Origin: Takakia lepidozioides
Lineage: Eukaryota > Plantae > Bryophyta
Assembly: GCA_030704615.1 (NCBI GenBank)
Contig: CM060732.1
Coordinates: 58,528,001-58,592,000, forward strand
Direction: 5' to 3'
Length of the DNA stretch: 64,000 nucleotides
Within the stretch, counting starts at the first letter, position 1. The number at the start of each line of letters is the position of its first letter. The position numbers and the translations under genes are program-made. The notes under the pieces were generated by a model. The model saw nothing but the letters and a program-made list of their open reading frames with translations, was not told where the DNA came from and did not search any database. Positions 35,900 to 49,057 of this stretch are shown here, piece after piece.

Positions 35900-38800
35900 T
35901 GTCGTTCTGAACACCGCCCTGGTGGACATGTATGCTGAATGCGGGAGCATTGAAGATGCGAAGGTAGTGTTCGACTGTGGCTCAACGAGATGTGGTGTCG
36001 TGGAGTGCGATGATCGCATTGACAACAAGGCAAGGATGTATGCATGATTTGTGCAGAGGCAGTGATAGCTGAAGGAGCAGGATAGAGTGTGGGTCCATAT
36101 TCATCCAAGAGGGTCGGATTTCAAGCTCCAGATTACCTATGGATCCCTGTGGAAGGATAGCTACAAGAATCCTCCATGGGTACATGGTCAGCTGGAAGCG
36201 GCAGCTGTAGCGGCACAGTTGATAAAATCAGGCACCTCAACCATGACCACAGCTTCTGGAAGAGGATCAAGAGAGGGAGTCCACAATGCCTCTTCTAGCA
36301 CTTATGGGCATGTGAAGATGCTTTATGAGGCAGGCAGACTGAAAGAGGCTCTACAGATTTTAAACAGAGGCATTTCAGCAGATGTAGATACGTATGTGTG
36401 TCTCTTGCATAAGTGCATCAAGATGAAAGGCCTAGAAGTTGGAAAGCAGGTGCACACTCACATTGTCCAAAGTGGATTCACGCCGAACGTTTTTCTACTC
36501 AACAACCTTGTCAACATGTATGTTAAGGGGAGCATCATGGATGATCACCAAGTGTTCAACACAGAATGCCTCAAAGCTGGAATTGCACCGGATGTCATTC
36601 TGAACACTGCCCTGACCTGGACATGTATGCCAAATGTGGATGCAAAGGGAGTTTTCGACACTATGGCTAAACGAGATGTGGTGTTGTGGAGTGCGATGCT
36701 TGTAGGGTATGCACAACAGGGACATGGGATGGAGGCTTTGGAGACCTATGATCCAAGGATGGGGGAGGGGGTGAAGCCCGGCCACTTTGTGTGCATTTGC
36801 AATGCTTGTGCAAGCCTGGCAGCCCTGGACAAGGGCAAAGAGGTGCATGGGGATATCATCAAAGCTAGAATTGTACCAAATGTCATTCTGAACCATACCC
36901 TAGTGGACATGTATGTGAAATGTGGTGCATCGAGCCTGGACGAGGGCAAAGAGGTGCATGGGGTATCATCAAAGCTGGAATTGTACCAAATGTCATTATG
37001 AACACTGCCCTGGCAGCTCTGGAAAAAGGGGAAAGAGGTCCATGGCGACATCTTCAGAGCTGGAATTGTACCAAATGTCATTCTGAACCATATCTTGGTG
37101 GACATGTATGCAAAATGTGGGTGCATTGAGCCCTGGACAAGGGCGAAGCGGTGCATGGGGTATCATCAAAGTGGAATTGTACCAAATGTCATTATGAACA
37201 CTACCCTGGCAGCTCTGGAAAAGGGGAAAGAGGACCATGGCGACATCTTCAGAGCTAGAATTGTACCAAATGTCATTCTAAACCATACCTTGGTGGACAT
37301 GTTTGCAAAATGTGGGTGCAAAGGGATCTACGATCGAGGATGCAAAGGGAGTGTGCGACACTATGGCTGAACGAGATGTGGTGTCGTGGAGTGCGATGCT
37401 TGCAGGGTATGCACGGCAGGGACGTGGGATGGAGGCTTTGGAGACCTATGAGCAAATGATGGGGGAAGCACAACATGTTTGTGTGCATTTGCAATGCTCG
37501 TGCAAGCCTGGCAGCCCTGGAGAAGGGCAAGAGGTGCATGGGGATATCATCAAAGCTGGAATTGTGCCAAATGTCAATCTGAACACTGCCCTAGCAGCTT
37601 TGGAAAAGGGGAAAGATGTCCATGGCGACATCTTCAGAGTTGGAATTGTACCAGATGTCATTCTGAACAATACCCTGGTGAACATGTTTGCAAAATGTGG
37701 GTGCATCTAGGATGCAAAGGGAGTGTTCGACACTATGGCTGAACGAGATGTGGTGTCGTGGAGTGCGATGCTTGCAGGGTATGCACGGCAGGGACGTGGG
37801 ATGGAGGCTTTGGAGACCTATGAGCAAATGATGGGGGAAGCACATCATGTTTGTGTGCATTTGCAATGCTTGTGCAAGCCTGGCAGCCCTGGAGAAGGGC
37901 AAGAGGTGCATGGGGATATAATCAAAGCTGGAATTGTGCCAAATGTCAATCTAAACACTGCCCAACCCTGGTGAACATGTTTGCAAAATGTGGGTGCATC
38001 TAGGATGCAAAGGGAGTGTTCGACACTATGGCTGAACGAGATGTGGTGTCGTGGAGTGCGATGCTTACAGGGTATGCACGGCAGGGACGTGGGATGGAGG
38101 CTTTGGAGACCTATGAGCAAATGATGGGGGAAGCACATCATGTTTGTGTGCATTTGCAATGCTTGTGCAAGCCTGGCAGCCCTGGAGAAGGGCAAGAGGT
38201 GCATGGGGATATCATCAAAGCTGGAATTGTGCCAAATGTCAATCTGAACACTGCCCTGGCAACTTTGGAAATGGGGAAAGATGTCCTTGGCGACATCTTC
38301 AGAGTTGGAATTGTACCAGATGTCATTCTGAACAAAACCCTGGTGAACATGTTTGCAAAATGTGGGTGCATCTAGGATGCAAAGGGAGTGTTCGACACTA
38401 TGGCTGAACGAGATGTGGTGTCGTGGAGTGCGATGCTTGCAAGGTATGCACGGCAGGGACGTGGGATGGAGGCTTTGGAGACCTATGAGCAAATGATGGG
38501 GGAAGCACATCATGTTTGTGTGCATTTGCAATGCTTGTGCAAGCCTGGCAGCCCTGGAGAAGGGCAAGAGGTGCATGGGGATATAATCAAAGCTGGAATT
38601 GTGCCAAATGTCAATCTGAACACTGCCCTGGCAGCTTTGGAAATGGGGAAAGATGTCCTTGGCGACATCTTCAGAGCTGGAATTGTACCAGATGACATTC
38701 TGAACAATACCCTGGTGAACATGTTTGCAAAATGTGGGTGCATCTAGGATGCAAAGGGAGTGTTCGACACTATGGCTGAACGACATGTGGTGTCGTGGAG

Positions 38801-40900
38801 TGCGATATGATGTGCTTGCAGGGTATGCACAGCAGGGATGTGGAATGGAGGCTTTGGAGATCTATGAGCAATGGAAGCACATCATGTTTGTGTGCATTTG
38901 CAATGCTTGTGCAAGCCTAGCTGCGGGCCTGGAGAAGGCAAAGAGGTGCATGGGGATATCATCAAGCTGGAATTGTACCAAATATCAATCTGAACACTGC
39001 CCTGGCAGCTTTGGAAAAGGGGAAAGAGGTCCACATGGCGACATCTTCAGAGCTGGAATTGTACCAAAGTGAATGCCTGTCAAATTACCATATGCAAAGA
39101 GGTGCATGGTTGCATCGCCAAAGGCAACAGCTGCAGCGGCACAGTTGATAAAGTCAGGCACCTCAACCATGACCACAACTTCTGGATCAAGAGAGGGAGT
39201 CCACAATGCCTCTTCTGGCACTTATGGGCATGTGAAGATGCTTTGTTCGGCAGGCAGACTGAAAGAGGCTCTACTGACTTTAAACCAAGGAGGCATTTCA
39301 GCAGATTCAGATACGTATGTCTGTCTCTTGCATAAGTGCATCAAAATGAAAGGCCAAGTGAAGCTAGAAAGCAAGTGCACACTCACATAATCCAAAGTGC
39401 ACGCCAAATATTTTTCTAGTCAACACCCTTGTCAACATGTATGGTATGTGCGGGAACATCATGGATGCTCACCAAGTGTTCAACAGAATGCCTCAACGAT
39501 CTTTCATCATGTGGAACACAATGCTTGCAGGGTGTGCAGAGCAGGGGCATGGTATGGAGGCCTTGGAGAATGTGGTGAGGGCACCTTCTTCTTCGACCTA
39601 TTTCAGCCTGTTTTTCCCTCTCATCAGACTCGGCCCTGAATTTACATATTGAATTGTCAAGGACAATGTGGTGAGGGCACCTTCTTCTTCGACCTATTTC
39701 AGCCTGTTTTGCCCTCTCATCAGACTCGGCCCTGAGATGCATATTGAATTCTGTAAGTTAGCTCGTTGGGAGGATCTGTGGTGGTTTGGAATGACTATGA
39801 CAAGTAACTGCTGATGTGGCAGCAGGAAAGTATCCAAAACAGATAACAGAGATGAGGAGAAGGTGTGGAATGAATACTTTGTTGACCCCAGTGAATGGTG
39901 GAACAACCGAGGCAAAAAGTTGAATGCCTATTAGATGACTGAGAGTAGCAGACGCAATTCAGCATAGGAACTAGTGTGATTGGGTGTTTCCTATGTTGTC
40001 ATTGTCAGCTGCTAGCAGCAAGGGCAAAGATGAATGCATGATTTGTGCAGAGGCATGGATAGCTGAAGGAGAAGGGATAGAGTGTGGGTCCAGATTCATC
40101 CAAGAGGGCCGGACTTCAAGCTCCAGATTACCTGTGATTCCATGTGGATCAATAGCTACAAGAAACCTAAATGGGTACATGGTCAACTAAAGGCAATAGC
40201 TGCAGCGGCACAGTTGATAAAATCAGGCACGTCCTCAACCATGACCGCAGCTTCTGAAATAGGATCAAGAGAGGGAGTCCACAATGCCTTTTCCGCGGGG
40301 CATGTGAAGATGCTTTGTGAGGCAGGCAGACTGACAAAGGCTCTAGGTCTGGAAGCTGGAATCAGGTGCACACTCACATTATCCAAAGTGGATTCATGCC
40401 AAATGTTTTTTCTACTCAACACCCTTGTCAACATGTATGTTAAGTGCGGGAGCATCATGGATGCTCACCAAGATTTCTACAGAATACCTCAGCGATCTTT
40501 GATCATGTGGAATATAATGTTGGTAGGATTTACCAAACATGGGTGTGGTAGGAATGCTTTGGCGACCTATGAGCAAATGTTGCGCAAAGGGGTGAAGCCC
40601 AACCACATCACGCTTCCACATGTTTGCAATGCGTGTGCAAGCCTCGGACCTCTGGAAAAGGGGAAAGAGGTCCATGGTGACATCGTCAAAGCTGGAATTG
40701 TACCAGATGTCATCCTGAACACTCCTCTAGTGGAAGTCTATGCCAAATGTGGGTGCATTAAGGATGTGAAGGGAGTTTTCAACACTATGGCTGAACCAAA
40801 TGTGGTGTCATGGAACGCGATGCTTGCAGGGTATGCACAGCAGAGACATGGTATGGAGGCTTTGGAGACCTATGATCAAATGGTGGGGGAAGGGGGGGGC
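35900..40900 (+). pseudogene. Disrupted and rearranged PLS-class PPR gene segments
   Basis: Repeated LVDMYAKCG, VFDTMAERDVVSWSAMLAGYA, CNACASLAALDKGKEVHGDII and N-terminal LCEAGRLKEAL..TYVCLLHKC; many stops and frameshifts; no E/DYW domain seen. Confidence 0.88.
37339..39070 (+). repeat. Tandem amplification of a ~372-bp PPR triplet unit
   Basis: GATGCAAAGGGAGTG recurs at 37339, 37711, 38004, 38376 and 38748 (spacing 372, 293, 372, 372); shared TAG stop. Confidence 0.9.
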
Positions 40901-42900
40901 ACCTTCTTCAATAGCACAACGGCTACAAGTGGGTAGATGGTCAACTGGAAACAGCAATGGCAGCAGCACAATTGATAGAACAAGGCCACTGCTAATGAAG
41001 GTACCTTCTTCAACATATTTCACCCTGTTTTCCCCTGCTATCAAAGTCGTTCCTAAATTTTCATGTTGAATTCTACAAGTTAGCTCGTTGGTGGATCTAT
41101 GGTGGTGTTGGAGTGATTTTGACATGTTACTGCCAATGTGGTCGACAGGAAAGTATCGAAAAACAGATAATAGAGATGTGGAGAAGCTCTGGAATGAATA
41201 CGGTTCCGACCCCAGCCAATGGTGGAACAATCCAGGCAAAAAGGTGAATGCCTGTTGGAAGCAGACGCAAGTCGGCATAGGAACTAGTGTGATAAGTAGG
41301 GTTGGGGTGTTTGCTAGAACAATTTTAGAGTGTTATTGTCATCTGCTAGCATCAAGGCAAGGATGTATGCATGATTTGTGCAGAGGCATGGATAGTTGAA
41401 GGAGCAGGGAGCAGTGTGGGTCCAGATTCATCCAAGAGGGCCGGATTTCAAGCTCCAGATTGCCTACAATTCCCTGTGGAAGCAACACACACCTCGCACA
41501 CGCAAGAGGTCCTCTTGGGTGCATGGTCAGTGAAATCCTCCATGGGTCACGACACAAGGTCGAGGACAATGTGGTGAGGGCACCTTCTTCTTCGACCTAT
41601 TTCAGCCTATTTTTCCCTCTCATCAGACCCAGCCCTGAATTTACATATTGAATGCTGTAAGTTAGCTTGTTGGGTGGATGTGGGGTGGTTTGGAGTGACT
41701 TTGACAAGTTACTGCTGATGTGGCAGCAGGAAAGTACCCAAAAATAGATAACAAGATGAAGAGAAGCTTTGGGATGAACACTTTCCGATCCCAGTTAGTG
41801 GGGGGACAATGGAGACAAAAAGGTGAGTGCTTGTTCGACTACAAAGAGAAGCAGTTGCAATTCAGAATTGGAACTACTGTTAAGTCCTAGGTTGGGGTGT
41901 TTTCTGGAAGAACTTCATGCCGTCACTGTCAGCTGCTAGCAGCAAGGCTGAGGGATGTATTCATGATCTGTACACGGGCAGGGATAGCCGAGGGACTAGG
42001 GATAGAGGTCCAGATTCATGTTCAGGTTCAGGCTGAGGGATCAATAGCTAAAAGAAATCAGCTGGAGTAGATGGTCAATTGTTGCAAGTGGAAACAGTAG
42101 CGGCAACACAATTGATAGAATGAGGTACTGCTAATGAATGCACCTTCCTCAACACATTTCAGCCTGTTTTTCCAAATAGGGTTGGGGTATAAGAACAAAT
42201 CTAGGCTGTCATCATCAGCTGCTAGAAGCAAGACAATGATATATGCATGCTTTGTGCAGAGGCATAGATAGTTGAAGGAGCAGGGATAGAGTGTGGGTGC
42301 AGATTCACCCAAGAGGGCAGGCATCTTATTCAACACATTTCACCTTGTTTTTCCCTCTAATCAGAATTGGCCCTAAATTTCCATGTTGAATTCTGCAAGT
42401 TAGGTGGTTGAATGAATCTAGTTTGGAGTGACTTTGACATGATACTGCCAATGTGACAACAGGAAAATATCAAAAAACAAGTAACAGAGATGAGGAGAAG
42501 TTGTGGAATGAATACTATTCTGCCCTAGTCAATGATGGGATAACCAAGGCAAAAAGGTGAATGCCTGTTATATTTCATAGACTAGTAGACGCATTCAGCA
42601 TAGGAACTAGTGTGAGAAGCTGAGTTGGATGTTTCATAGAATAAATCTAAGCTGTCATTGTCAGCTACTAGCAGTGAGGCAAGGATGAATGCATGATTTG
42701 TGCAGAGGCATGTGCAGCTGAAGGAGCAAAGAGAGTGTGGGTCCAGATTTCAAGCACAAAATTACCTATGATTCCTTGTGGATCAATAGCTACAAAAAAC
42801 CTGCATGGGTAGATGATATATTCCGTGGGACTCAATCTGTCACTGAGCCTTGCATTATGAGGATCACAATTGCTTGGCAGCTTACCTGCATGAGGCCTTG
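39826..42900 (+). pseudogene. Tandem intron-containing OSB-type PDF motif units (organellar ssDNA-binding motif), degenerate
   Basis: Exon A EKVWNEYFVDPSEWWNNRGKK (39826-39919; copies ~41149, ~41730, ~42463) and exon B IHPRGPDFK.. / PDFKHKITYDSLWINSYKKPAWV (40094, 41426, 42743; also ~36099). Confidence 0.75.
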
Positions 42901-45409
42901 ACCCTTAGGCAATCCCCAGAGCAGTAGTAGCTTTGGGCTGCTTTTTTACTTTGGTTTTTTTATTTTGTATCATAAGCTCTTTGAACTTTCCGCAGATGTA
43001 ATGAAGTACCATTTGTTTCATTTCATTTCATTTCATTTTGTTTTGTTTCATGGCATGTCTTTCATTGTTTTCGCATTTCTAATGACATGATTAGTTCTCT
43101 TGTATGGCATTACATGCGTATGTACTAGTCGGCTCATTACAAACACCAAAACTTCAAAGCATGAACCACTATGAGTGATTGTTCAAGTAATTCGAGCACT
43201 TCATTTAAAGTAGTAAAGCAGTGGTTGCACTGACTTCCACAGTCGCAATTGCCACTGGGCATGTAGCACTGCAAGTTATGTGGTCAACTACCACGTGGCG
43301 CCCCGGGCCTGTGGCCACGTGGTAGCAGTGCTGCTCGCCGTGGTGCCGCCACGTCGGCGTCCACATCATCGTCCACGTCCGCGTCCACGTCTGCGTCCAT
43401 GTGTCACCATGCTCCGGTGAGTCAGTCCACTCATCCGGAGGGAAAAGTCAAAGTCAGTCCAAAAGGTCAGACGCACGGGCGGCCCGCCTGGTTACACCAC
43501 GTGGTTCTTCAGCATTAATCGCAATAATCGTTGAGCAGTTGTTCGCGCGTCTGAGTCCTTTACCACTCCAATCATTGGATGTCCGACCCAACTTCCACGT
43601 CTGTTGTAACTAGTCGTTTGTAACTTCCAGTCGATCCCGGTTTTTTGACTTTTATGACTCAAAATGAGTTGTTATCCAGTGGTAATGCACGATGCTTTAG
43701 TGTCTATTGGTTTTTCATCCATACCGGATGAGCCACCAGGATGGACACTGAATTACCTTTAGGATGGTTTTTTGGTTTTGTCATTCCTCTTTTATTGACT
43801 TTCATCCATACCGGATGAGTCACCAAAGAATGAAAATTACCTCTATGAGGGTTGCCAATAATATCCTCTTTCTCATCCATACTGGTTGAAAAACTACCAG
43901 AATAATAAGTTTTCATTCCTCTTTCATTGACTCTGTTTTTATCTATACCCGGTGGTCTAGTGAGGAATGTTGAATTACCTAGGTGGAGGTAAACCGCTGC
44001 CACGGATGATATTCCCTACTTTTTCATCTGACATCTGTTATGGATGACGAGTACAAATGATTATGGCCTGGAATTGATCTTAACTACCCTTAATTATATT
44101 AATTACAGGGTGAAACCCTAACCCCTACCCTAAAACCTATTTTTAACTCTGCTACGGATGAAATCCGTCAGGGTAAAAGGATGTGTTCTACTGTTTTTCA
44201 TCCACGGATGAAAAATCGGGGAAAAAAAAACCCTATGTTGTCTCTCCCGTTGTCAGAAGCACGCGATGTGCTTCTGAGCTCGCGGGAGAGTGTTATGGCG
44301 GACGTGCTTTGGTGGCTGCCCCATTTGTGGTGTCGTACCCGTGCTGGACGAGCACATGGGGAGGCGCGAAGGCAGCGCCTTGTCTCTCTAGCAGCGGGGA
44401 ACACTGTTGTGAATGCAGTGGCATCTTCCCTCCTCTGGCTTTTAATTTTAGCAATGGCATTTGTGCTGGGAAGTTTCTCTCCCTCCCTTCTATTGTCTTG
44501 CGAGTTTGCCTGCTTTGCTTCATTGCTCATGTGCTTTGTGGAGGTGGCTTGCTGCGGGTGGTGATGGCGCATAACCCTCTTCCCCAATCGCTTAAGGTGC
44601 CTTTGGAGTTTAAGGATCCTTGTGTTCTTATGTTCTTCTCTTGCTTTTGAGAATCTTAGTTGACATCGATGACAAGTGTGAGGGTCTGTGAGTCACCTGG
44701 GGTTCCACAATCCTTACTAATCCGTTGATTTTGTGGGGGCTTACTTTGAAATTTCTTGAGCATGCAGTTGGGGATATGGGCTGAGGAGACCTGTAAGTTA
44801 TGGCGTCTTGAAGTGGCTGCTGCCTGCAGCCCCGAATTCAACCCGACTGCTCCTGGTTTGACATGCTACAGCCTATGTTTTGGCTTTTGTTGTTCTGCCG
44901 TCGATGGGGCAGCTCGACCTGTTTGGCCTGTCTCTTGAGGCCTGCATACAGACCATACCTTACCTTTTGATCTTTGACAGCAGGGCTTGTGGATTACTGA
45001 GCTAGGTTGTAAGTTCTTTGGGTCATAGAGGATCTGGTTTTATGAGGGCTGCTTCGGCGGGTTTGGGTCTCTATGGACATGGTGGCCTTGAATGTTATGG
45101 CGGCAACCTGCTCCTTTTTGTGTAATGGATCGTAGTGAGGTGTTCTTTGCAAGCCTTAGCATGGAGATGAGGATGGTAATCTGTAATGAGATCCTACCTA
45201 TAGTTTTGGCTTTGTCATGACATCAGGCCTTTGACCTCCATAGAAGCCATAGCTCGTTGCAACAATCGCAGAGGCAAAGCGGTGCAAACCCTAGTTTGGG
45301 AACGTGTGTGAATTCCTTGGGAACTCGAAGGAACACGTGAGGAACTCGTGGGAACGCATAGGAACGTTTGGGAACCTTGCCCCAGAGTTGGGAGCACCAC
45401 CATTGTCCC

Positions 45410-45785
45410 ATCGGATGAACTATTCAGCCAGTGGATGACAATTGGCTCTCCTGGATGAGAATCGGTTGCAGTGGATGAAATTATGCCAGCGGATGAACTA
45501 TCGTGCTATTGGATGAAAAATTGCGGCGACGGATGAAACTGCATCAGCGGATGAAATCGTGGCAGTGGATGAACTATCGTGCCATCGGATGAAAAATTGT
45601 GGCGACAGATGAACTATCGTGCCATCGAATGAAAAATCGCAGCGACGGATGAAACTGCGTCAGCGGATGAAATCGTGGCAGCGGATGAAAAATCATGGCG
45701 ATGGATGAAACTGCGTCAGTGGATGAAATATCGCACCTATGGATGAAACACACGGCGGATGAAATATTGGACCTGCGGATGAGAA
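45410..45785 (+). repeat. Array of about 20 GGATGAA motifs at ~19-bp spacing
   Basis: Visible directly; related motifs at 31710-31850 and 43700-44220. Confidence 0.8.
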
Positions 45786-45879
45786 CTTCACAGTCATCGC
45801 CCTTTCTTTCGTCGACCTTCCTTTCTGATGTAGCAAAGAGTTGGACATGTAAATGATATGTATGAAAAATCGACTGACT

Positions 45880-46400
45880 GTGGATATTTTTGGAGCCTTC
45901 TGAGGGCTTGTTTGAGGACTATTTGGGGTCTATTGAGGCCTATATCTAGCAGGTATTGGGGCCTGGGACTATTTTGGGTCTATTGAGGCCAATATCTTAC
46001 AGGTATTGGGGCCTGCTTTGAGGACTATTTGGGGTCTATTGAAGCCAATATCTTGCAGGCTTGTGGAGCCTGCTTGGGGCTGTTTGAAGGACTATTTGGG
46101 GTCCTTTGAGGCCATTATTTTGTAGGCCTGTGAAGCCTTGTGAGGGCTGGTTGGAGGACGATTGGAGGTCCTTGGATGCCCATATTGGACAAACTTATAG
46201 AACTTTCTAAGAGCTCTTTGGGGGACTATTGGAGATCCTTGGAGGCCAATACTTGGCAGATTTGAGGCGTTTCTTAAGGGTTGTTAGAGGACTGTTGGAG
46301 GTCCTTGGAGGCCAATACTTGGCAGATTTGTGGAGCTTGGTTGAAGACCTTGGAGGCCACTAATTGGCGGGCGCCTAGGGCCTTTTGGTGGACTGTTTGG
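45880..46400 (+). repeat. Degenerate 50-66-bp tandem repeat
   Basis: Recurrent GGACTATTTGGGGTCTATTGAGGCCAATA-like units. Confidence 0.75.
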
Positions 46401-47084
46401 AGTCCAAGTTTGCGAACTTCTTGAACCTTGGTGGGTCTATGTTAGGGGCTGATTGAGGGCAGATTTCAGAAGTTCATGGCAATAATTTGAGGGCTCTCGA
46501 GAGTTATTTGAGAGGTTCTTTAAGGATAGTCTTGTATATTGCTCAAGCAAGAATGAGTGTGAAGACATGATGAGTAATGGGATGAGATCCTCATGTATGT
46601 CTTTTTGTGTGTGAGCGTGGGTTGGGTCATGCTTACATTCTTGTGGCATTGGCTTAGAGATTGCTTTAGCTTCTCTTCTTTATAGTCTTCCATCATCCTT
46701 GTAGGCCAAAGCTTTTCCATAAGCGGAGGCAGAGCTAGTTTGGATAGAGATTTGGCCATCTTGCGGGTTTATTGGAACCGCAAGGAGATCGATTGATTTA
46801 AGGTGTGGGAGGTGTTGTTGTTTGAGTTTCATGTATTTGGATCCTCCTCCCACACATGCATGTTTGACTGTGCGCCATGCTAGTTTGGTTTGGGCACTTG
46901 CTTTTATAGGTGGTTGTGCCGGAAATATGTGGGCGGCCAATCCTAGAGCGTGCTGTCGGTGGTGAGGCTGGGGTGATGACCAGCAGACTATCATTGTTTC
47001 TCTTATGGTGAGGCTGGGTTGATGACCAGCAGACCATATGAATGTCTGCGGTGGATGTAGATGCAGGTGCAGGTTCAGAATATG

Positions 47085-47745
47085 TGTCGCGGCCCTTTGC
47101 CTTGAGGGCAGGGGGTCGGGACACAAGAGGGGCTGCCCCTGTGGTGGGGGCAGTGGCAGTGATAGGTATGGGGGGCTGAAGCACCCTTGAGTGCCCAAGG
47201 CACTCAAGGAGGCGGAGGCGCTCACTAGGTGGAGCCCCGCACACCGGGTTGCGATGGGGGTGGCATAGGACTCACCTTGGGGCGGAGACCTCGTGGTGGG
47301 AGTCGTGGGGAGTCTCATCACGGTCCATAGGGGTCGTGGTGGGTGGGCCAAGACTCACCGCGAGTCGAGGGTGTTCGTGGTGGTACGCCATAAAATGGCA
47401 TGGTTGTTTGTGAAACCCCCGCGGACAGCTACAGAAGTATATATAGGGAGTAGTAACCCCGAGAACGGTGCAAGCCCGTTGGTGACCAAAAAACTAGTGA
47501 GTAAGCGAACGAGCCGGAAAGCGACCAAAGAGTGGGGAGCTGTTCCGGACTGCCAACTACCAAAGGGAATTCCGCTGGTTCCAAATCGTTGGAGGGTTCT
47601 TTGGGAGATAAAAGGGGGACCGTTATGCCCCGGTGAGAAGCCGGAGCTCCAAGTTGGCCCGGCGGCCAGGTTGGGAGTTAGGCGCGCGCATCAAGCGAGT
47701 AACATTGACTTGAGAGGAGAGCTTACCGAAATGAGGTGCGCGACA
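47085..47745 (+). repeat. 5' LTR of gypsy element A
   Basis: TGTCGCG..CGCGACA inverted termini, TATA-like TATATATAG at ~47438, followed by PBS TGATATCAGAGC (47748-47759; one mismatch to tRNAi-Met). Confidence 0.75.
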
Positions 47746-47800
47746 CTTGATATCAGAGCTTAGAGTTCAGTACGCAATCGTCCTTGGGATTGGCCTCATC

Positions 47801-48594
47801 ATGGGGTCGGGCAAGCCAAAGCGAAAGCGGAACGGCCCAAAAGATGATGATCCTGATGAGCCCGATGGGGGCGACGTGTCACCGAGGCGGCCGTTTGAGG
47901 CGATGCATGTTTCCGAAAACGAGGCCGGGAGGAATCTGAGGAGTCGGAGCCTGAGGAATCCCTGAGAGCTCCGACCGACCAACAGATGTCTCCCATGCCG
48001 GCAGCCTTTTGGGAAGGGTTGTTGGCGCAATTTGGCGGGACGTTGAAAGACGTGTTGAAGGCAGCTAATGCCACTTCCACTAAGGCAAAGTTTAAGGTGA
48101 AGCCTAAGGAACCCGACACCTTCGAGGGCGTCCGAAATCGGAAGGCACTCAACACTTGGCTCTTGGAGCTAGAGCAGTACTTCCGGGCGGCCAAGTTGAG
48201 TGACGAGGATTGGGTGGAAGTGGCTCCCACCTATTTGAGGGGCTATGCTCAACAATGGTGGCAGAAACGCCTTCACAACCGAGGTCCAAGCCGGAAACCT
48301 TGAACTGGAGTGGGTTCAAGGAATTGATGAAGAGGCAGTTTGTGCCCTCAACGCGTCCTGGCTCGCCCGGGACAAGATGAGGAATTTGAAGCAAACAGAT
48401 GACATTCGGGGATACATCCAGGCTTTCAATGTGTTGTTGCTCGAAGTTGCAGACATGGCAGAATCAGAAATGGTCTTCAACTTTGTGGCGGGACTGGCCC
48501 CATGGGCCAGGCGGAAGTTGGAGGAGAAGCCACCTAAGACTTTGAACGAGGCAATTGAGAGGGCTGAATGTTTCTCGGATGTCCCTAAGGGTGA
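47801..48594 (+). pseudogene. gag: gag of element A (frameshifted, truncated)
   Basis: [64 protein letters not shown]. Confidence 0.85.
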
Positions 48595-49057
48595 GTCGAT
48601 GTACACGATCACAAAGTCATCCAACCACTCCTGGAAAAGGCTGTTCATCAGCGTGCTAAAGGTCGCGGGAGCGTTGGTGAGTCCAAAAGGCATCACCAAG
48701 AACTCATATGAACCATACCTTGTCCTGCACGCGGTTTTCTCCTCATCTCCTTCCGCCACTCGAATTTGATGATAGCCGGAGCGCAGATTGATCCGGCTGA
48801 AATACTTCGCTCCTGCCAACCCATCGAAAAGGTCGTCGATCCTTGGCAAAAGGTACCGGTTTTTATAGTCACCTTATTCAAAGCCATGTAATCGACAACA
48901 TCCGCAGCGTCCCATCCTTCTTGTCTGCGAATAGCACCGGGGCTCCGTAAGGTGACTTACTCGGCCGGATGTACCCCTTTGACATTAGATCTTTGAGCTG
49001 AGTCTTCAGCTCGACCAACTCTCTGTGGCTCAACCGGTAGGGCGCCTTGGCAGGCAG
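48595..49057 (-). pseudogene. pol: Inverted RT N-terminal half of element A
   Basis: [44 protein letters not shown], cut inside the YIDD motif. Confidence 0.88.

Noticed and set aside
37845-38786. 313-aa minus-strand ORF as a real gene
   Set aside because: It is the antisense shadow of the 372-bp PPR tandem repeat (unit length divisible by 3).
45410-46400. Regularly spaced repeats as a CRISPR array
   Set aside because: Repeats are short or degenerate, spacers resemble each other, there are no cas genes, and the DNA is plant nuclear.
46437-47351. Minus-strand ORFs 46680-47351 and 46798-47244 as genes
   Set aside because: They cross the LTR boundary at 47085, so they are chimeric frames with no recognisable domain.
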